DNA from: Eubacteriales bacterium
Lineage (GTDB): Bacteria; Bacillota; Clostridia; Oscillospirales; JAAYXM01
Assembly (NCBI GenBank): GCA_045537045.1
Contig: JAZSOS010000049.1
Span: forward strand, 18,143 to 82,142
Direction: 5' to 3'
Length of the DNA: 64,000 nt
Below the pieces are notes generated by a model. That model saw only the letters and a program-made list of their open reading frames with translations, was not told the DNA's origin and searched no databases. The position numbers and the translations under genes are program-made. Below are positions 19,841 through 28,671 of the stretch, piece by piece (position 1 is the first letter of the stretch; every line of letters starts with the position of its first letter).

Positions 19841-21393
19841 AAAAACTTATCGCGTTAATTCTCGCAGGAATTATGATTTTCGCGCTGTGCGCGTGCGGAA
19901 CAGGAAACGGTATATCAGGTGACGTATCATATGATATTCCCGAAGGAAAACAAATCCCTGACGATGCTGTTGTTGATATAACAATAGCAAGCCATGCTTC
20001 ATGGCCGTATGAAGAAGATTGGAAGGTGTGGGAGTATATTAAGGAGAGCATCGGCGGGACACTTAACATAAATGCTGTTCCGGCAACAGACTTTGCAACA
20101 AAATTCCCGCTTATAATGGCAGCTCCCGATGACCTTCCGGATCTGATACATTTTCAGGGAAAGCCTGCAGGACACGCAAATTACTGTGCACAGGGCGCAT
20201 TCCTTGCATTTGATGATTACAGCGAATTTCTGCCGGACTATGAAAAGTTCTGGGAAAATGTTCCGGAAGATGAAAAATGGATGAAAGATGTTCGCAAAAG
20301 CTTTGACGGAAAGATTTATTATTCTCCGTCTCACGGACTTGAGCGGAGCACAAACATCCGTGCATGGCTTTACCGCAAAGATATTTTCGATAAGCACGGT
20401 TTGAAAGCACCGGAGACGATGGATGAGCTCTATGAAGTTTCCAAAAAGCTTAAGGAAATATATCCGGACTCTTATCCGTTTTCAATCCGCTCGGGATTGC
20501 AGAATTTGAACGTTATCGGAACATCATGGAAGCCGGGATTCTGCTTCAATGAGTACTACGACTTTGAAAATGAGAAGTGGAGCTACGGTGCGACAGAAGA
20601 CGTTATGTTTGAGTTGGTAGAGTTCTTCAACAAAATGGTTTCTGAAAAGCTCGTTCCTGCGGATTTCTTCACAATAAACACAAGCTCATGGCAGGAGCTG
20701 GTTTCGACCAACCGCGGCTTTATTATGCCGGAATATCAGGTACGTATTGACTTCTTCAACAGTATGGCAAGAGCATCAAATCCGGAGTTTAACCTCACTG
20801 CAATGATGCCGCCACGTGCAGATAACGGTATGGGCGTAAATATGATAAACAAGTTCAATTTCGTACCGTCGGGATATTCTGTATGCAACACGGGAGATAA
20901 AGCATCAATTGCCAATGCTTTCCGCATAATCAACTGGTTTTACACAGATGAGGCGTGTGAGCTTGTTTCGTGGGGTAAAGAAGGAGAGACATATGAGGTT
21001 GTAGACGGGAAAAAGCAGTTTATAATGGGTGAAGAGTCTGAAACAATCCAGACGCTCTATGGCGTAAATACACTCGGAACACACACACGCTTTGCGCCCG
21101 ATGCGATAGACGCATCAATTTCCGAAGAGCAGGCGGCAACGACCGATTTCATCCTTGAGCATACCTACCCCAACCTTCAGCCGAATCTGTATCTTGAGTT
21201 TTCAAGCGAACAGAACGACAGAATTGCAGATTTAAAAACCTCGATAGAGACCTTTGTGCTGGAAAACATCCAGAAATTTATTATAGGTCAGAGACCTCTG
21301 TCAGAATGGGATACCTTCAGTGAGGAGCTTTCAAAGCTTCCGGTTGATGAGCTTTTGGCTGTATTTGACGAAGCGTATCAAAGCGTAAAATAA
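19837..21393 (+). CDS. Extracellular solute-binding lipoprotein (ABC transporter family-1 SBP), orphan
   Basis: Lipobox signal peptide MKKLIALILAGIMIFALCACG. 518 aa. No permease or ATPase genes are adjacent. The start overlaps the upstream stop (ATGA). Confidence 0.8.
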   Translation: MKKLIALILAGIMIFALCACGTGNGISGDVSYDIPEGKQIPDDAVVDITIASHASWPYEEDWKVWEYIKESIGGTLNINAVPATDFATKFPLIMAAPDDLPDLIHFQGKPAGHANYCAQGAFLAFDDYSEFLPDYEKFWENVPEDEKWMKDVRKSFDGKIYYSPSHGLERSTNIRAWLYRKDIFDKHGLKAPETMDELYEVSKKLKEIYPDSYPFSIRSGLQNLNVIGTSWKPGFCFNEYYDFENEKWSYGATEDVMFELVEFFNKMVSEKLVPADFFTINTSSWQELVSTNRGFIMPEYQVRIDFFNSMARASNPEFNLTAMMPPRADNGMGVNMINKFNFVPSGYSVCNTGDKASIANAFRIINWFYTDEACELVSWGKEGETYEVVDGKKQFIMGEESETIQTLYGVNTLGTHTRFAPDAIDASISEEQAATTDFILEHTYPNLQPNLYLEFSSEQNDRIADLKTSIETFVLENIQKFIIGQRPLSEWDTFSEELSKLPVDELLAVFDEAYQSVK

Positions 21394-21398
21394 AACAA

Positions 21399-21436
21399 AA
21401 ACGTTCTTGCGGCGTATTCTCGCTGCAAGAACGTTT
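21399..21436 (+). terminator. Terminator hairpin after the SBP gene. Copy 2 of the conserved hairpin family.
   Basis: AAACGTTCTTGCGGCG-TATTCT-CGCTGCAAGAACGTTT followed by AATTTTT. It is the reverse complement of copy 1 except for the 6-nt loop. Confidence 0.7.
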
Positions 21437-21455
21437 AATTTTTATTGAATTTATT

Positions 21456-22436
21456 TTATAAAAGGTTTTTGCGAAGTTCTTCACCGCTTGCCGGATGAAG
21501 ATATGCCGGTGCGATATCAAAAACAGTTTTTGCACCGCAAATGCCTTCACGGTTTAAACGATACGCCGCGCGGGCATACGCCGTTAGCACGCTTGCGGTA
21601 AACTCAGGGTTAGAGTCAAGCTTTAAGCTGTATTCAATTACGTGAGAGTTTTTGCCGTTATTCGTTGTTCCCGTGCGGAAAACTCTGCCGCCGTGGGGGA
21701 TACCTGCGTGGTCGCGGTTAAGCTCTTCCTGAGAAATGAAGTGAACGGTTGTATCGTAATCTGCAAAATAGTTCGGCATAGTAACGATTTCGCGCTCAAT
21801 CCGTGCAAGGTCAGCTCCCTCTTCCGCTACGACAAAGCACTCGCGCGTGTGCTTCTGGCGCGTTGTAAGCGTCGGATTCTCTCCGGCGCGGACGCTCTCG
21901 AGTGCGCTTTCTACCGGAACGGTGTACTGGCGGGCATCGACAACACCGTCAATTCTGCGTATTGCATCGGAGTGTCCCTGGCTTACGCCCTTGCCCCAGA
22001 AGGTATAGTCATTTCCGTCCGGAAGTATTGCCTGACCGTAAAGACGGTTGAGCGAAAACATACCCGGGTCCCAGCCGACGGAGATTATGCTCACTTTTTT
22101 TGCATCACGGCTCTCTTTATCAACATTTGCAAAATGCTCGGGGATTTTTGCGTGGGTGTCAAAGCTGTCAATTACGTTGAAATGCTTTGCAAGCTCGGGT
22201 GTCTGGGTTGGAAGGTCATTGGCGCTTCCGCCGCAGAGGATCAGAACGTCGATATCATTTTTCATTTGGGCGGCTTTGTCTATATGATATACCGGAACAT
22301 TTGTCACCGGCTTTACACTTTCGGGTGAGCGTCTTGTAAAGAGCGCACAAAGCTCCATATCAGGGGCGGCACTGACCGCACATTCAACACCACGGCCGAG
22401 ATTTCCGTAGCCTGCAATTGCAACTTTTATCTTCAT
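21456..22436 (-). CDS. ddh: meso-Diaminopimelate D-dehydrogenase
   Basis: MKIKVAIAGYGNLGRG N-terminus and conserved WGKGVSQGHSDA segment. 326 aa. Confidence 0.85.
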   Translation of the reverse strand: MKIKVAIAGYGNLGRGVECAVSAAPDMELCALFTRRSPESVKPVTNVPVYHIDKAAQMKNDIDVLILCGGSANDLPTQTPELAKHFNVIDSFDTHAKIPEHFANVDKESRDAKKVSIISVGWDPGMFSLNRLYGQAILPDGNDYTFWGKGVSQGHSDAIRRIDGVVDARQYTVPVESALESVRAGENPTLTTRQKHTRECFVVAEEGADLARIEREIVTMPNYFADYDTTVHFISQEELNRDHAGIPHGGRVFRTGTTNNGKNSHVIEYSLKLDSNPEFTASVLTAYARAAYRLNREGICGAKTVFDIAPAYLHPASGEELRKNLL

Positions 22437-22495
22437 ATTTAAAACTTCCTTTCGGGGTGATTTAACACTGCCTTATGATGAATAATTAAAACACA

Positions 22496-22533
22496 AAATC
22501 GCCTGAATGTCAATGTTTTGAGGCGGTTTTTTT
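22496..22533. terminator. Weak hairpin plus T7 run between ddh and the feoB 3' end
   Basis: CGCCT...AGGCG stem with A-rich left and T-rich right flanks. Short stem and long loop. Confidence 0.35.
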
Positions 22534-22536
22534 GCG

Positions 22537-23381
22537 CTATAACAGTATTTTTACAATTATATTCAGTAACATACACGAGACTATGCCGAAAAGTGTCGGC
22601 AATGCCGCGGCGACAAGCGTCCAGAGAAAGCTTCCGCTCTCTTTTTTTATTGTCATCAGAGTTGTTGAACACGGCCAGTGCATGAGAGAAAAAAGCATAA
22701 CGCTTATCGCGGTTTGTATCCCCCATCCGTTGCTGCGCAGAAGTGCGGAGAGCGTGCCAAGGTCGCTTATGTCCGTAAGCGACCCGCTGGCGGTGTATGC
22801 CATTATTATGATGGGAATAACTATTTCGTTGGCGGGAAGCCCAAGGATAAAAGCCATAAGGATAACACCGTCAAGGCCCAAAAGCCGCCCGAACGGGTCG
22901 AGAAAAGAAGAACAGTGGACAAGAAGCGTTTCCCCGCCGATTGCAATATTTGCCATAAGCCAGATAAGAAGACCGGCAGGCGCGGCTGCGCTTACTGCAC
23001 GGCCGAGGACGAATAGGGTTCTGTCAAAGACTGAGCGGATGATAACCTTGCCGACCTGAGGGGCGCGGTAGGGAGAAAGCTCGAGTGTAAAAGATGACGG
23101 AACCCCGCGCAGGAGGGTTGTCGACAGAAGCTTTGACGCAAGAAAGGACATAAGTATGCCGAGAAGGATAAGGCAGGTGAGGGAAGCCGCTGCGAGTCCG
23201 GATTTTAAAAGGCCTCCGCCACGTCCGATAAAGAAAATTGTAAGAATGGAAATAAGCGCGGGAAAGCGCCCGTTGCATGGAATAAAGCTGTTGGTTAGCA
23301 TCGCGATAAGCCGTTCGCGCGGTGAGTCTATAATTCTGCAACCGACAACCCCGGCGGCATTGCACCCAAATCCCATACACG
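22537..23381 (-). pseudogene. feoB: feoB 3' fragment (membrane domain) separated from its 5' half by the inserted element
   Basis: From ...CMGFGCNAAGVVGCRIIDSPRERLIAMLTNSFIPCNGRFP... onward it is a polytopic FeoB-type membrane domain. Codons upstream of 23381 (MTNTTAVPIFAYQISLSS) are element-derived. Confidence 0.85.
23377..23381. other. attL core (ACACG)
   Basis: The same pentamer occurs at the right junction (43746..43750). feoB-like coding sequence stops exactly here. Confidence 0.7.
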
Positions 23382-23663
23382 AGGATAGAGAAATTTGGTA
23401 TGCAAAAATAGGCACAGCAGTTGTATTGGTCATGTATCTTTAATTGAGTATTTAACGATGTTGAGTGTTGAATTGATTATACATCTTCACACCGCGGCAC
23501 CAAAAAATATAAAACGAACAGTGAATTTAAGAAAACACATGCTATCAGGCAACCAAAAACGGCTTAATTACTATGTTTTTCAAAGCAGATTTTGTCTTAA
23601 GCCATTCGCGGATGAGTTCGACAAAACTAAGCTTTATCGCCAATTCCACAACTTTTTCAAATT

Positions 23664-23703
23664 AAAAAATTGCACCTTGTTTAACTTCAAAGTGCAATTT
23701 TTC
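23664..23703. terminator. Hairpin with A-run and T-run flanks downstream of the nuclease-like gene
   Basis: AAATTGCAC...GTGCAATTT stem flanked by AAAAA and TTTTT. Confidence 0.55.
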
Positions 23704-23728
23704 TTTGTTTTATGCGATTTTGCCGAAA

Positions 23729-24394
23729 TTAATAGTAAATTGCAAAGTGGAAACAATCACTTTCCTTACCAACAAATGTACAGTTACACTCTTTTCCTTT
23801 GTATCCAATAGGAGTAATTTGAAGCCGTTGATAAGCTATCTCATAGTTGTACTCTAAGTCTGCTGTTCTTGTTGGGAACTGCGGTCTTATAAGAAAAGGG
23901 AAAAAGCACAACTTACTTTCATTTACAAGCGGCTTGCCTCCCTTACCTTCCCCTAACTGAATTATCTTAGAAAAAGAGTCAACGCAATTAAACCACGCTA
24001 TTATAAACGCTGACTTTCCTTTATTATCGTTGTTGATCTCACTTAGCAACCAATTAAAATCGTACTGTATTTCCTTCCACCCTTTACTGCACGAATACGT
24101 TCCTGATTGGGTTCTCCAGCTCCGCAAATACTTTAGTTCTATCTTAAAGCGTTTATTCTCAATGAAAATGTCATGATTAGTTTTACCTGAATCATCACTA
24201 TCTTCTGTCTTAGTTGTATACCTTGCCATATTTTTAAAGGGATATCCAACTCTCATCATCATATCAGTTTCGCTAAAACTTTTGTCTGCAACTTTTTTCA
24301 TTTCATCTGCAGAACAGTTTTTATAAGCTATATTCAATTCGTCAATGATAAGACTACAATTAGGAATAAGATACTGCTCTATTGTCAATTCCAA
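23729..24394 (-). CDS. Hypothetical protein with a PD-(D/E)xK nuclease-like motif
   Basis: ...NHDIFIENKRFKIELKYL... fits D-(X)n-E-X-K. The start was placed at the TTG at 24394, 9 nt after an AGGAG SD. The track starts at the GTG at 24403, which abuts the SD. Confidence 0.45.
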   Translation of the reverse strand: MELTIEQYLIPNCSLIIDELNIAYKNCSADEMKKVADKSFSETDMMMRVGYPFKNMARYTTKTEDSDDSGKTNHDIFIENKRFKIELKYLRSWRTQSGTYSCSKGWKEIQYDFNWLLSEINNDNKGKSAFIIAWFNCVDSFSKIIQLGEGKGGKPLVNESKLCFFPFLIRPQFPTRTADLEYNYEIAYQRLQITPIGYKGKECNCTFVGKESDCFHFAIYY

Positions 24395-24468
24395 GTAGAA
24401 CACTCCTGATGGTTATATATTTACATTTATTGTGTCCTACTTTTTAAAAAAAATACAAATTATGCCAA

Positions 24469-25032
24469 TTATTTCATGCATCTTTTTGCCCGTATCAACG
24501 TACTCTTACTTATTCCGGTCATATTTTCCACTTCTTTATAGGTATGACTCTGCAACAGATCCATAGCAAGTCTAATTTGTTCACTATTAAACTTTTTAGG
24601 TCTGCCTTCTTTAAAGTTGGGGTTTTGCTTCGCTATTGCTTTACCTGACTGAGTACGCTCAATAATCATTGCTCTTTCAAATTCTGCAAACGCTAACAGG
24701 TTTGTGACTATCAGCCTTCCCATTGGAGTATCTTCTATAAGCCCCATGTTAAGGATATGAATACGCACGCCTTTATTCATGAGATTATCTATATAGGTTA
24801 ACCCCTCTTTTGTTGTTCTGCAGAAACGGTCAAGCTTTGTTACTACAAGAATATCTCCGGTACGCATCTTTTCCAATAGTGCATTAAATAAAGGGCGTTC
24901 CTTTGCTCCTGAATAGCTCTCTATGATAATTTCCGACTCTGCATATCTTCCTTTAATGTTCTGAGTTTGTTCTTCTATGCTATTGCCGTCTAATTGTCCT
25001 TTAGTGCTTACTCTGCAATATCCATATATCAC
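24469..25032 (-). CDS. Small serine recombinase (resolvase/invertase family) with a C-terminal HTH
   Basis: [11 protein letters not shown] catalytic-serine motif, [11 protein letters not shown]-helix [15 protein letters not shown] and C-terminal HTH ([12 protein letters not shown]). 187 aa. Confidence 0.9.
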   Translation of the reverse strand: MIYGYCRVSTKGQLDGNSIEEQTQNIKGRYAESEIIIESYSGAKERPLFNALLEKMRTGDILVVTKLDRFCRTTKEGLTYIDNLMNKGVRIHILNMGLIEDTPMGRLIVTNLLAFAEFERAMIIERTQSGKAIAKQNPNFKEGRPKKFNSEQIRLAMDLLQSHTYKEVENMTGISKSTLIRAKRCMK

Positions 25033-25056
25033 GAAAATGACCTCTCTTCATAAGTT

Positions 25057-25143
25057 ACTTTTGACACCTAGTTTTGACACCATTCAAACACGCATGGATT
25101 CATACGGTAGATAAAAGTGTTAATTCTTTCAAGTTTTGACACT
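25057..25143. repeat. Three copies of (A)NTTTTGACAC upstream of the small recombinase gene
   Basis: ACTTTTGACACC at 25057..25068, AGTTTTGACACC at 25070..25081 and AGTTTTGACACT at 25132..25143. Confidence 0.6.
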
Positions 25144-25160
25144 TTTAGTTTTTAATTATT

Positions 25161-25186
25161 GGGCGGTTGTTACACCGCCCTTTTTT
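25161..25186 (+). terminator. Intrinsic terminator oriented for the plus strand
   Basis: GGGCGGT-TGTTAC-ACCGCCC followed by TTTTTT. The left flank is not A-rich, so it works for the plus strand only, although the neighbouring genes are on the minus strand. Confidence 0.5.
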
Positions 25187-25188
25187 CG

Positions 25189-25476
25189 TTAGTGGTTTGA
25201 ACTCTGTACCTTTCCATCAAAAGCTCCGCGCAAATCTTTTTCCAGTGCGTTGATTTTTGCTTCAGCTATATCGCTATACTCTCTGAGTATGTATGCGACG
25301 TTTAAAAGCGTATCATTTGTAAATGCGCTTCCTTCCACAGAAAGTGCTTCTACTAATATATCAGCAATTGAACGGACTTTTGCAAATACATTGCCACAAT
25401 CTTCTGCTTCTTCGGCTAATTGAAATAACGAGCAGCGCATAAGTTCAACAACTTCTTTGTTAGTCATCAAATTCAA
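25189..25476 (-). CDS. Hypothetical protein (95 aa)
   Basis: ORF in the leftward operon, overlapping the upstream ORF by 17 nt. No recognisable motif. Confidence 0.5.
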   Translation of the reverse strand: MNLMTNKEVVELMRCSLFQLAEEAEDCGNVFAKVRSIADILVEALSVEGSAFTNDTLLNVAYILREYSDIAEAKINALEKDLRGAFDGKVQSSNH

Positions 25477-26161
25477 CTCCTTCCGTATTTTCCGCTATGT
25501 CACAAAAAAGTGTTTCATGAAAAACATCTGATGGTGGGTCGGGTTGAATGTCATCCGGTATTGTTTTTTCGGTGCTTATGATTCCCTCCCATTGCTTGTA
25601 CTGCTCTGTTTGTAATATTTCCGGTGGAGTGAAAAGCATAAGATGCATAAGCTCAGCAACTTGTTCCATATTAAAAAACCTTGCGCCGTCTGTTACTCTT
25701 GCCGCTATGTAGGAGAGTGCAAATTCCTCTCGTGGAGTTATTTGTAGCTTTTCGTCGTTGACTTCTCTTAGCCAGTTTAAATAAACCTCATGGCTGTAAT
25801 TCAACATAAGCACATGTTTTACTGCTTCGGATAAAATTTGTTGTTCGGTGCACTTATTGGGTGCCGGGACAACCAACTTTTTCAAATCCCATGTCCCTGT
25901 GTCTTTTGTTTCGTCGAAGTAGAGATTGATTCCCAAACTTTTCAACATATTCAAGTCTTCTCCGAAATCTAGACATTTCAATTTCCAGATATACTTTTGG
26001 GTGAGACGTTTGTTGCGTCGCTCGGCTTTACTCTTTTTCTTTGTTGTTCCCAATCGATCAATTTCTTTATTTGTCTGAGCCAGTTCTTTAACTAATCCGT
26101 CAGCCCTTTCAAGATATATCTTTCTCAACTCCGCTTTTTGCTTATTGGTCATCTTAAACAT
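25460..26161 (-). CDS. Hypothetical protein (233 aa)
   Basis: Long ORF in the leftward operon. Lys-rich N-terminus and acidic C-terminus. No motif recognised. Confidence 0.55.
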   Translation of the reverse strand: MFKMTNKQKAELRKIYLERADGLVKELAQTNKEIDRLGTTKKKSKAERRNKRLTQKYIWKLKCLDFGEDLNMLKSLGINLYFDETKDTGTWDLKKLVVPAPNKCTEQQILSEAVKHVLMLNYSHEVYLNWLREVNDEKLQITPREEFALSYIAARVTDGARFFNMEQVAELMHLMLFTPPEILQTEQYKQWEGIISTEKTIPDDIQPDPPSDVFHETLFCDIAENTEGVEFDD

Positions 26162-26172
26162 CCTTTTCTCCT

Positions 26173-26373
26173 TTATGCATACAATTTATTATGTATTGTC
26201 GCTGTCTGAAAACGTGCCAGTTCTGCAACTGTTTTACAGTCTGGAATCTTAATATTACGGATTCCAAAATCCTTCAATATTCGCCTCGTAGCCTTAATGT
26301 CTGCCGTTGTAGGTCTTGAATTAGCCTCGTGCTGTGTCATAATATAGATATTATCAAGTGAACTCATCTGCAA
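26173..26373 (-). CDS. Hypothetical protein (66 aa)
   Basis: Compact ORF packed between neighbours in the operon. Confidence 0.4.
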   Translation of the reverse strand: MQMSSLDNIYIMTQHEANSRPTTADIKATRRILKDFGIRNIKIPDCKTVAELARFQTATIHNKLYA

Positions 26374-26546
26374 GCCCTCCTTTCCAGTAATTTAAGGCTT
26401 TTGATTCCGTAAGAGATAAGTAACCACGCAACAGCGAATTGCCTGATTATTTCTCTCATAGTGATGCTTCCGCAGTCTGATGCTCCGGCTGTTCCGAATA
26501 AAAGCAGAACCCCTGCACCGATAAACAAATAATATAGAAACCTCAT
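26364..26546 (-). CDS. Small membrane protein (two predicted TM helices)
   Basis: MRFLYYLFIGAGVLLLFGTAG...FAVAWLLISYGI hydrophobic segments. Confidence 0.4.
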   Translation of the reverse strand: MRFLYYLFIGAGVLLLFGTAGASDCGSITMREIIRQFAVAWLLISYGIKSLKLLERRACR

Positions 26547-26608
26547 TATTAAACATCCTTTCTTTTGTATAGTGCGGTTTTTCCGCAGAACCGCAAAACT
26601 GCTTATAT

Positions 26609-26881
26609 TTAATACTCCGGTGGAAATAAAACAGTTGTTGCCGATCTATCGGCTTCTGTTATAATCCATATTTTTCCGCGGACTGTCGGATATGCTCCGA
26701 CTATTCGCAAACCGTTTTCAAGTGCAAAGGCATTTTCCTGTGCATCTTCTTTTACGACATCGCCCCAATCACCGGTAATAAAACGCCTTATGGCATCGAC
26801 TACGTCATATGAAAAACGCTCATCTTGTTCCATTGCCTTTGATACCCCGCAGGTAGCTGTTAATTTTCCAAGTTCAAACAT
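26609..26881 (-). CDS. Conserved MGE-associated small protein (GDWG ... IWIITEADRSxTTxLFPxEY type)
   Basis: From memory this family occurs on plasmids and ICEs of gut Firmicutes and Bacteroidetes. The start was moved to the ATG at 26881 (GGAG SD 9 nt upstream), which removes the overlap with the sigma-like gene. Confidence 0.5.
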   Translation of the reverse strand: MFELGKLTATCGVSKAMEQDERFSYDVVDAIRRFITGDWGDVVKEDAQENAFALENGLRIVGAYPTVRGKIWIITEADRSATTVLFPPEY

Positions 26882-26898
26882 ATTTAAATCTCCAATCT

Positions 26899-27483
26899 TT
26901 ATATTGCGGGTGCGACTGTTGCACCCCACTTATCAAAATATTTTTGCTTAATTTTCTTTTTTACATCATAGAATGCCTGACGCGAAAGATTGAACTCGCG
27001 CTCTATCTGTGTCGGTGTATATCCCTTTAAAAGTAGAGAAACGATTTCTGTTTGCTTTTTTGAAAGCTTGAGAGATAGAATCCGTTTAACCCTCTGCTTG
27101 TTTTCCTCTTCACGTTCCAGTTGGTCTTGTGCTTCTTCCAAATCTTCAAAAGGATTAACACCAATGTAATTATAAAGGCTTCTTTTTTCGTCTTGTTCTG
27201 CAGAATAGTCTGCATCAAGGCTGACGGTTTTCCGGGTTGCTTTTAGTTTTGCATAATTGCCAAGCTCTGAACGTATATCCCATTTGCAAATCGTTACTAC
27301 ACTATATTCTTGCAACTCCGGTTTTCTGTGCCATTTTTGAATGCCTTTTAAATAACCTATGGCTGCAATGTCGTAGAAATCCGAAACTGAATATCCATGC
27401 AAGCGCAAGAATGTATAAATATAATTATGATACTTTTCTGCATCAAGTCTTTCTGCATCTGTTAACGGCTGAAGTTTAAACAT
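26899..27483 (-). CDS. Sigma-70-family-like protein (region 2-like N-terminus, region 4 HTH C-terminus)
   Basis: C-terminal LSKKQTEIVSLLLKGYTPTQIEREFNLSRQAFYDVKKKI resembles a region 4/LuxR-type HTH. The N-terminus has the aromatic-rich pattern of region 2. Confidence 0.6.
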   Translation of the reverse strand: MFKLQPLTDAERLDAEKYHNYIYTFLRLHGYSVSDFYDIAAIGYLKGIQKWHRKPELQEYSVVTICKWDIRSELGNYAKLKATRKTVSLDADYSAEQDEKRSLYNYIGVNPFEDLEEAQDQLEREEENKQRVKRILSLKLSKKQTEIVSLLLKGYTPTQIEREFNLSRQAFYDVKKKIKQKYFDKWGATVAPAI

Positions 27484-27545
27484 GTTAGAATACTCCTTTA
27501 TCTTTATTTTTGATATGTGGGCGGGTGGTGTTCCCGCCCTTTCAA

Positions 27546-28052
27546 TTAGATAACTTCAAGCTTTAATTGTGGCTGACTTGTAACCATCTGTGAGCCGAAT
27601 AAATCTCTTATCTCGTCAAGCGTGAAAGTCTTATTATTACGCTTGCGGTAATTTGTGTCATGCAGATACCAAGCCGTCTTTGACTTGCTAAAGCGGAATT
27701 TTAAGTGCTTCAGTGTTTCACGGTGTGGGTATGTATTTCCCGACACCCACAGCCAACTACCACATATTTCCACTTGCACACCCTCAAGAGAAATTAAGCG
27801 GTTTATTATCTCTCTGAACTCTTCCGGCGTTTCGTCTGTCGCTGTCTTTGCTGTGTATGTCTTGCCGTCTGATGTGCTGTGAATGTTTTTGAGCCGTTCA
27901 AAGAGTATACCATATTCGGCATTTATTTGCTTCATATGCTCTGCATTGCCGCCTCTGTCAGGGTGATGCTCAAAAGCGAGCTTCTTATATTGCTTTTTAA
28001 GCTCTTCAACTGTCTGCGGATTATCAAACCATAACATTTCAAACCGTAACAT
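27546..28052 (-). CDS. J-domain (DnaJ-like) protein
   Basis: ELKKQYKKLAFEHHPDRGGNAEHMKQINAEYGILFERL contains the HPD motif. The C-terminal domain has a ...CGSWLWVSGNTY... segment. Confidence 0.8.
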   Translation of the reverse strand: MLRFEMLWFDNPQTVEELKKQYKKLAFEHHPDRGGNAEHMKQINAEYGILFERLKNIHSTSDGKTYTAKTATDETPEEFREIINRLISLEGVQVEICGSWLWVSGNTYPHRETLKHLKFRFSKSKTAWYLHDTNYRKRNNKTFTLDEIRDLFGSQMVTSQPQLKLEVI

Positions 28053-28178
28053 TTTTAATTACTCCTTTTTATTTGACGTTTGGAGCGGTCAGTGATATAA
28101 TAATGTATATGTAACCGCTCCTTTACTCGGTTCGTGTTACTTGCCTTTACAAACTGGTACTTTGTAAGGGCATTTTTA

Positions 28179-28454
28179 TCACGCTATTGAAAATCTTTTC
28201 GATGTAGTTGTCTTTGTGAACTGTTCATATAAATCTGCGTATTTATTCTTAAATGCCGTGCTATCGAAACGAGTAGAAGTCACCTGCTTATATCGGACTT
28301 TATACTCATTTGTTGAAATCTCATCAACCTGCCGAAGCTCCATTTCTTTCTTGAGTTCGTCCTTAATGGCTTCTTGCTCGGCTTCAATCTCTTCTGCCCA
28401 TCTGGTAAGCTCTTTTAGCTTTCTTACCTTCTCATTAATACTTATTGTTGTCAT
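28179..28454 (-). CDS. Small coiled-coil protein common in Firmicutes mobile elements (ends ...TTSKRFSIA)
   Basis: The start was moved to the ATG at 28454 (MTTISINEK...), which has an AAAGGAG SD. The N-terminal 58 codons of the track ORF look non-coding (promoter region). Confidence 0.55.
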   Translation of the reverse strand: MTTISINEKVRKLKELTRWAEEIEAEQEAIKDELKKEMELRQVDEISTNEYKVRYKQVTSTRFDSTAFKNKYADLYEQFTKTTTSKRFSIA

Positions 28455-28621
28455 TTGTAACGACTCCTTTAATATTATTTGCTCTGGGGTGTTGCCCTTT
28501 GAGCTTGATATAAGTATACACCCATTTTGAGTGTATTTCAATTGACGGATTACACAAAGTACACACTTATTTCTTGTGTATATTGTACACTTGATATAAG
28601 TGTATGCAAAAATGGTGCTTA

Positions 28622-28650
28622 TTGACATAAAAAGAATTGTTTGATATAAT
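28622..28650 (+). promoter_or_regulatory. Consensus sigma-70 promoter (TTGACA-17-TATAAT)
   Basis: TTGACA at 28622..28627, a 17-nt spacer and TATAAT at 28645..28650, just upstream of the HTH gene. Confidence 0.7.
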
Positions 28651-28671
28651 CACTTAAAAGAGGTGTATAAC

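Noticed and set aside
23395-23811. 138-aa plus-strand ORF at the left end of the element
   Set aside because: It has no SD, runs through a hairpin terminator (23664..23703) and into the 3' end of the minus-strand nuclease-like gene, and its sequence is low-complexity. The region is better read as non-coding att-proximal DNA.
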